Notes under the pieces: generated by a model
The model's input: the letters and a program-made list of their open reading frames with translations, nothing else
What the model was told of the DNA's origin: nothing
The model's database searches: none
Translations under genes and position numbers: made by a program
Origin: Euprymna scolopes
Lineage: Eukaryota
Reading direction: 5' to 3' (one strand)
Length of the DNA: 64,000 bases
NCBI GenBank assembly: GCA_053919585.1
Contig: CM132801.1
Shown: positions 56,713 through 64,000 of the stretch, piece after piece
Position numbering within the stretch: position 1 is the first letter of the stretch
Layout: each line of letters starts with the position of its first letter

Positions 56713-57282
56713 CTGAACAAAACTGATCAAGTATGTTCTCTTCCAAAGTTTTGAGTGCTTGGAAGTCATCAACTACAAACATGTTGTCAGAGATTGGTCG
56801 AGAAACAATCTGGCTCAGTTCTGTTGTCTCAGCCAAGCCAATACCAACTGCATATATATGAATTTTGTCAGCTCTTGTCCTTTCAGCCTCGGGAATTGTT
56901 TCAAATGCGTTGACATTTGATACACCATCAGTGAGAAGAATTGCAATGTTGGGAACTGAAGGTCTATCTCCATTCTGCTGTGTAAACATTTGAGTGCGCG
57001 TAATATGAAGTCCACCATAAGTGTTTGTACTGCCATAGACATATGGAATGTTCCTGACTGCATTTATTATATCTTGTTTTGTGTGATATTCATTCAAGTG
57101 GAATTGGATTTGAACGTCCGTGCTATAAAGAACAGCACCAATACGCACGTTGCCACTGTTGATATCAGCAACAGATACAAAATGAACAATAAAATCTAGC
57201 ATTTTCTGAAAATTTGGTGCAGTGACACTAGTTGAAGAATCCAAAATGAAGACGATGTCAGACTCAGCATGGCCACATCCAC
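56713..57282 (-). CDS. VWA exon, type B
   Basis: 570 nt, TAG|...|GTAGCT, intact MIDAS. Confidence 0.93.
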
Positions 57283-57973
57283 CTACAGAATACGGACATA
57301 ATCTTTCACTCAGGATAAAGATTTTATATGAAACACACATAATGGTGACGAAACGAATGATCATTAAAAGAATCATGAAAAAATATCTTCATTCATTGAC
57401 TAATGCGTTTCAGGACAAATGACAACACACAGAAGAAAACTGACAAAACAAAAGTAACAAAATAGTCAGTTATTGTTACATACATAGAACCATAATTCAA
57501 ATAAGATAAAAAAATGGATAATGAAAGTTTCAAACTATTCCACTAATTAAAGTATGACAATTTTATTTTTACAGTAGCATATATGTGTATTTAAAATAAA
57601 TTCGTACACTCATTTATTTTAACAGTGAATAAGCGGCATGTAAGAACATTAATCTTAGAGTGGGAATATCACAAGGTCAACATTAGATGAACACAAAATA
57701 AGACAGGACAAATAAAGAATAACATTATGTAAATATAGAATTGCATCATGTATAAAAAATAAATTAACCCCAACAAAATGAAGACGCAACGACATGTCAA
57801 AGTATAAGAAAAGATAGAAATGACAAATGACTTCGATTGAACACCAACTATTACAAATAATTCTGGACGTGACGACTTGTTAAGGACAAGATTCATGCAA
57901 TTAATATTTTTTCATGATATAGAAACGAGGAATCTACACATAGTTTTATTTAGACATAGAACATATATCTTAC

Positions 57974-58009
57974 CCTTAGGTGGTATAGGAACAGGACTAG
58001 TTCTGGGAG
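57974..58009 (-). CDS. 36-nt linker exon APRTSPVPIPPK(G)
   Basis: CCAG|...|GTAAGA; phase 1-1. Confidence 0.88.
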
Positions 58010-58917
58010 CTGGAGAAAAATGGAACAGTACATTCATAAAATATCGATTAGATCTACAATAATGTTTATAATTAATATTATCTATACTGACAAAAATGTT
58101 TGTAAACACAGATTAGAATTTCTTTGTTATTGATTTGAATATTTTCAGTGCATATAAATGGTCCAATCGGACTTTCAGAAATTATTCACACGAACTAGAA
58201 TTTTAAAGCAACATAAAAAAGATAGCATACGAGTGCATTTAATTCCTTGTATTCATTAAAGCCTTGTCTGATCTACAAGATAAACCTGATCTGTCGCAGT
58301 CATTTAAATTTTAATCGGTTTATTTTAAATTCATTGCAATCAGAGAAAGTCTTTTGTATAAATAGATTGCTAACTTAATAATATCCTAACTCTCCCACAG
58401 ACTATTTGTTTATTTAAAAATGAGCCTGTTTCATATAATTAAAACACATAGTGATTGAATATGAAAATAAATATCATATAAATTTATAATAAATGTCCTG
58501 TTGTTTTGTTTCCTTAATATGAATTAAATCAAACTAGCAAATCAAATAAAAGCAACATAATTTAAATCTGTATGCATATAAATAAAAATTAATTATTAAT
58601 TAAAAAGTATTTTAAACGGTTTTTCCTTGAAAATATATAATTATTTTTTTTTTACTTATCTATTTCTCCTGTGATTATTTCAGACGATAAGTAAAAACGT
58701 TAATATGGTAAAAACCATGTGAATAATTAAAATACAAAAAGAAAACAAAGAGAAATAAATGAGGTGAGAATGATGTAATCCAGAAGCAAAAAGGATTTAA
58801 AGGAAGAGAAAAAATAGTAATACATAGAGACGAGAGCCAGATAAGAAAATGTGTAAGCAGAAGATGGAAAATATAAACAGGAGATATGTAAAAGTGTTAT
58901 AACATTTGTATAGCTAC

Positions 58918-59487
58918 CTGAACAAAACTGATCAAGTATGTTCTCTTCCAAAGTTTTGAGTGCTTGGAAGTCATCAACTACAAACATGTTGTCAGAGATG
59001 GGTCGAGAAACAATCTGTCTCAGTTCTGTGGTCTCAGCCAAGCCGATACCAACTGCATATATATGGATGTTGTCAGCTCTTGTCCTTTCAGCCTCGGGAA
59101 TTGTTTCAAATGCGTTGACATTTGATACACCATCAGTGAGAAGAATTGCAATGTTGGGAACTGAAGGTCTATCTCCATTCTGTTGTGTAAACATTTGAGT
59201 ACGCGTAATATGAAGTCCACCATAAGTGTTTGTACTGCCATAGACATATGGAATGTTCCTGACTGCATTTATTATATCTTGTTTTGTGTGATATTCATTC
59301 AAGTGGAATTGGATTTGAACGTCTGTGCTATAAAGAACAGCACCAATACGCACGTTGCCACTGTTGATATCAGCAACAGATACAAAATGAGCAATAAAAT
59401 CTAGCATTTTCTGAAAATTTGGTGCAGTGACACTAGTTGAAGAATCCAAAATGAAGACGATGTCAGACTCAGCATGGCCACATCCAC
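58918..59487 (-). CDS. VWA exon, type B
   Basis: 570 nt, TAG|...|GTAGCT, intact MIDAS. Confidence 0.93.
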
Positions 59488-60199
59488 CTACAGAATACGG
59501 ACATAATCTTTCACTCAAGATAAAGCTTTTATATAAAACACAAATAATGGTGACGAAACGAATGATCATTAAAAGAATCATGAAAAAATATCTTCATTCA
59601 TTGACTAATGAGTTGCAGGACAAATGACAACACGCAGAAAAAAACTAACAGAACAGAAGTAAGAAAACAGTCAGTTATTGTTACATACGTAGAAGCATAA
59701 TGCAAATAAGAAAAAAAATGGATAATGAAGTTTCAAACTATTCCACTAATTAAAGTTGGAAACTATTACGTTAATTAAAGTATGACAATTTTATTTTTAC
59801 AGTAGCATATATGTGTATTTAAAATAAATTCGTACACTCATTTATTTTAACAGTGAATAAGCGGCATGTAAGAACATTAATCTTAGAGTGGGAATATCAC
59901 AAGGTCAACATTAGATGAACACAAAATAAGACAGGACAAATAAAGAATAACATTATGTAAATAAAGAATTGCATCATGTATAAAAAATGAATTAACAACA
60001 ACAAAATAAAGACGCTACGACATGTCAAAGTATAAGAAAACACAGAAATAACAAATGACTTCGATTGAACACCAACTATTACAAATAATTCTGAATGTGA
60101 CACCTTGTTAAGGACAGCATTAATGACATTCTTATTTCATGATATAGAATCGAGGAATCTACACATAGTTTTGATTCAGACATAGAACAGATCTCTTAC

Positions 60200-60235
60200 C
60201 CTTAGGTGGTATAGAAACAGGAGTAGTTCTGGGAG
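60200..60235 (-). CDS. 36-nt linker exon APRTTPVSIPPK(G)
   Basis: CCAG|...|GTAAGA; phase 1-1. Confidence 0.88.
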
Positions 60236-61272
60236 CTGGAGAAAAATAAAACAGTACATTCATAAAATATCGTTTAGATCTATAAGACTGTTAAACATAA
60301 ATATAATTAATATTGACAAAAATGTTTTTAAAGCGTATAATATAATTTTTGTTATTTGTTTTTTGTATGATTAGTACATATTAAATGGTTTAATCGACTT
60401 GAATCTGAAAGAAGCAGGTAGTATGTCTAACAATAGAACAATAGACCACCGTACTAAAGATTATGCAACATAAATATAATAACCTACATAATTCTGGATA
60501 TTCATTAAAAATCTGATGTATACGATAAACATTTTTTGTCGTCTACCTTTACATTTTAACCAGTTTATTAGTCCCAATAACTTTTTACAACAGAGGATGT
60601 GTTTTGTATATTTTAAAGATTGTTATATTAATAACTAACATCGTTACTCTTCCACAGCATATTTGCTTATTCCACAATGAATCTATTCAACATTCAAGAA
60701 AGAGATATCAAGTAAATTAAAAATAAAATTCATGGGAACTATTGCTGAATAATATCTCTTATGTTTGGATGTTTATTTTGTGAAACAAAGCATTCTTAAG
60801 ATAAGAAAATCTTAGGAAAAGTTAAAACATATGTCACATTTTTACCACTAACTTGCATGAGTACGAATTTACAAAAATAAATGATGAGACAGTTTATAGA
60901 CTATTAAACTTTCACAATTTTACGTTTCATCGTCTATTAAAGTCTATTTGAAATTAACTGTAACAAAAAGCTAAGATTAATCAATTAAATCTCTTTGCAA
61001 AGATCAATAGTTGGATAACGCCCATATGAATACAGTCTATAAAGGTGAATCTAAATATAAAGTATAATATAAAATAATGAGAAACAAAAATTATTGCGAG
61101 TAAAAACAGAAAAAGAACAGGAAATTAATCAGGTGATAATGGTGTAATCCATAAGCGAATAAGAGAAAATTAAAAGAATAATAATAGCAAAGAATAGACT
61201 AGACAGACAGATAAGCAGAGGTGTAGACACAAGATGGAAAATGAAAAAAAGTCATAAGATTTGAATAGCTAC

Positions 61273-61842
61273 CTTGACAAAACTGATCAAGTATGTTTTC
61301 TTCCAAAGTTTTGAGTGCTTGGAAGTCATCAACTACAAACATGTTTTCGGAGATGGGTCGAGAAACAATCTGGCTCAGTTCTGTGGTCTCAGCCAAGCCA
61401 ATACCAACTGCATATATATGAATGTTGTCAGCTCTTGTCCTTTCAGCCTCGGGAATTGTTTCAAATGCGTTGACATTTGATACACCATCAGTGAGAAGAA
61501 TTGCAATGTTGGGAACTGAAGGTCTATCTCCATTCTGCTGTGTAAACATTTGAGTGCGCGTAATATGAAGTCCACCATAAGTGTTTGTACTGCCATAGAC
61601 ATATGGAATGTTCCTGACTGCATTTATTATATCTTGTTTTGTGTGATATTCATTCAAGTGGAATTGGATTTGAACGTCCGTGCTATAAAGAACAGCACCA
61701 ATACGCACGTTGCCACTGTTGATATCAGCAACAGATACAAAATGAGCAATAAAATCTAGCATTTTCTGAAAATTTGGTGCAGTGACACTAGTTGAAGAAT
61801 CCAAAATGAAGACGATGTCAGACTCAGCACGGCCACATCCAC
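61273..61842 (-). CDS. VWA exon, type B (first VWA exon in the window in transcript order)
   Basis: 570 nt, TAG|...CAA G|GTAGCT, intact MIDAS. Confidence 0.93.
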
Positions 61843-62697
61843 CTACAGAATACGGACAGAATCTTTCACTCAAGATAAAGATTCGATTCAAAACGCAAAT
61901 AATAATGAAGAAACAAAGAATCACTAAAGAAATGAGAAAAGTTTTATTTTAATTTGAACGAAATTATTCACGTAGGAATTACATTACAAGTGACAATACA
62001 TAATAGGACACGCGTAACAAAGCAGTCGCTTTACTTATATGCACAGAACAACAGTACAATATGATTACAGACTGGCTTATTATCAATTTATCATCCACTT
62101 TCATTGAATGATAATTTTCATATTATCTTAATCTGATGCAAATTATTTTTGAACGAATTACATAAATTACAACACACAGAAGAAAACTGAGAGAACGTAA
62201 GTTACAAAGAAGTCGGTTATTATTACAAATATATTTAGTGTTATTAGTGTACAGAAAAGACAGTAATCGGTTTCTCATTGTCAAATAATAATTTCCACAT
62301 TATTAGTATCACACATATATATTAAGCATCGGCATGTTAACAGTTGCTAACTACATGAATATAGGAAACGGAACAAAACCAGGTATGAACTATGGGAGCA
62401 CGAGACATTAAAAAAATAATATCACATGATCATCAATATATACAACAGAACAAAACAAGAATAACGCTACATAAACAAAAGTCAAACGAGGTAAATCAAT
62501 GAATTACAGAAACAGAACAGGATGCTACTACCTGTCAAACTAAAACAAACGTAAGATAGATGGACAAACATTACCTAAACACCAACTATTACAAATACTT
62601 GTGTAAAATACAATTGTCTAAGAACATGGCTATTTCATAAGAACAATAAACAGAAAATACACGTAGTTAAGATGTAGACGTAGAACAAATGTCTTAC

Positions 62698-62733
62698 CCT
62701 TAGGAGTTATAGGAACAGGAGTAGTTCTGGGTG
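62698..62733 (-). CDS. 36-nt linker exon APRTTPVPITPK(G)
   Basis: CCAG|...|GTAAGA; phase 1-1, which implies further upstream exons outside the window. Confidence 0.88.
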
Positions 62734-63452
62734 CTGGAGAAGAAATAGAACATGACAAAGATAAAATATTGCTTGGATCTATAATACTATTTTCGATATA
62801 TTTAATTTACATTTATAGAGTGTTTTATACTGACATATGATACACTTTACATGCTATTGATTGTAATATTTAGATTTAGATCGGACTTTTAGAAAGTGTG
62901 TATCGTGAAAAGCCAAAACGAGATTTTGACTTGCTTTATATAATGACAGCATATATAATATAGAACCTATTTCATTCACTCTACTGTACTTGAAAGCAAG
63001 ACACATATATGATGTAAGACTGATCTTCAGAAACTGTTTACGTTTGGACACCCAATTTTCAATTCAGTATTACTTTGTTCTCCTTTAAACATCAGTGTAT
63101 TTTAATTTATTGCCAAAATAAGTGCTAACTTTCAGCCTGATGATTAGTTATGTTTAATCGAAAAAGAGTCGTATTAAAAAAGAAATATTTCAAATAATAA
63201 AAAATAAACATCATAGGAATTTATATTCGTTATCTTGTTTCACCTACGTTTCTTATAATGTGTATATATTCTATGAAATATTTGAAGTCTCCATATAATT
63301 CAAATTATGATATTGAATTATTGAATGTATTATGATACTGATGATTCCATAAAATATTGTGCAAGTAGACTTTTCAAAATGTATGAGATTGTTAGATTTA
63401 AAATGAAATAGAATTTATTATTTTCTTTTGTTGAAAGGTAAATAAATATATA

Positions 63453-64000
63453 TTAGGTTGAGAAGAAAGTTCTTGTGGAATTCTTAATTTTGATTTCAAA
63501 TGATGTATTTTCAAATACGTTTTCGTTATAATACCTTTACTTTATATATTATTTTAATGAGCGTTTTTTGCACTATCTAATCGTTTAAATTACAATCGTT
63601 TAATAATTATGCCTTCTGTTCAGAACGTTAAATACAAAATGGACAAAAAAGCAAATTCGTACAATTTTCTTATTTTAATTCAACCTAGGCCAAAAAGCTG
63701 CTGAAATAGCTCGAGATATCAATTTAGCGTTTGGCCCAGGAATTACTACTGAACGCACAGCACAATGATGGTTTAATAAATTTTGTGGCGGTAACAAGTC
63801 TTGAAGATGATGAGCGTAGTGGTCAGCCATCGGATGTTGACAATGATCAATTAAGAGCCTTAATCGAAGTCAATCCACGCACAACTATTCGAGAACTTAC
63901 TTCTTATTTAAACGTAATGTATACGACGATTTCCAACCACTTCAGAGAGATTGGAAAGACAAAATAGCTTGATAAATGGGTGCCTGATGAATTAAATAAC
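63453..64000 (+). mobile_element. Mariner transposon fossil (Hsmar1/cecropia-like): left TIR plus the 5' part of a disrupted transposase
   Basis: TA|TTAGGTTG terminus. From the ATG at 63639: MDKK/QIRTIFLF*FNLGQKAAEIARDINLAFGPG...SLEDDERSGQPSDVDNDQLRALIE...LDKWVPDEL, with stops and frameshifts. Confidence 0.92.

Larger units (their letters stand above)
51608..57480. repeat. Near-perfect tandem duplication with a 2,873-bp period
   Basis: Linkers 52226/55099, VWA exons 53840/56713 and the inserted element 52587/55460 are all offset by 2873 bp; identical intronic ORFs appear in the ORF track. Confidence 0.95.
5550..62733 (-). other. Partial multi-exon gene for a giant tandem-VWA extracellular protein (matrilin/collagen VI-type VWA domains, no collagen helix seen): 17 VWA exons plus 17 linker exons, open at both ends
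   Basis: All 34 exons have AG/GT boundaries and are phase 1-1. The concatenated frame is 17x570 + 9x36 + 7x69 + 60 = 10,557 nt with no stop. Joining the two blocks across 32671-38995 is inferred. Confidence 0.8.

Noticed and set aside
17134-60103. Repeated intronic ORFs (MFSAKKH..., MNLVLNK..., MKKINKF..., MIVLSIL..., MFDEIFIH...)
   Set aside because: Short AT-rich frames copied with recent duplications and broken in more diverged paralogous introns.
39098-61759. Recurrent ORFs MQSGTFHMSMAV... (alternative frame) and MSARNMKSTISV.../MTLVEESKMK... (antisense)
   Set aside because: Shadows of the near-identical VWA exons; their recurrence follows from DNA identity, not independent selection.
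5422-61924. Model in which each VWA ORF is a separate single-exon gene with a hydrophobic signal peptide (for example MILLMIIRFVTIMCV...)
   Set aside because: Conservation drops off outside the AG|GT GGA TGT and G|GTAG boundaries. Several listed starts are not ATG, and the leader of the 9051 copy has an in-frame TGA. T-rich intron ends naturally translate as hydrophobic. The conserved in-phase linker exons are explained only by splicing.
5550-62733. Naming the gene COL6A3, COL6A6, COL12A1 or MATN1
   Set aside because: No Gly-X-Y, EGF, FN3 or coiled-coil exons in the window; the similarity is at domain level only.
5550-62733. Dscam-style mutually exclusive exon cluster
   Set aside because: VWA exons alternate strictly with their own linker exons and are nearly identical, which fits serial inclusion. 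I saw no docking or selector elements.

Overview
AT-rich, microsatellite-rich animal DNA. A mollusc or cephalopod source is my inference from the repeat content, not something the sequence proves. Two N gaps lie at 10032-10184 and 13540-13677. The window is dominated by an internal part of what appears to be one very large minus-strand gene built by tandem exon duplication. It has 17 exons of exactly 570 nt, each encoding one complete VWA (von Willebrand factor A) domain with an intact MIDAS (DSSTS...T...TDG) and a Cys at each end. These alternate with Pro-rich linker micro-exons (nine of 36 nt, seven of 69 nt, one of 60 nt), which the ORF track does not call as exons. Every exon is symmetric phase 1-1, and the spliced frame is open for 10,557 nt (about 3,519 aa). 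No start codon or confirmed stop codon is visible in the window. The array has two homogenised blocks. The 5' block (type B) has nine His-containing domains with APRTxPVPIPPKG linkers. The 3' block (type A) has eight His-free domains with linkers ending in dibasic PPRR/PPKR. The introns hold remnants of deleted units, a nearly perfect 2,873-bp duplication, a higher-order repeat and several transposable elements: a decayed LTR retrotransposon, Helitrons, a Helentron-like element, a Tc1/mariner MITE and an Hsmar1-like mariner fossil.
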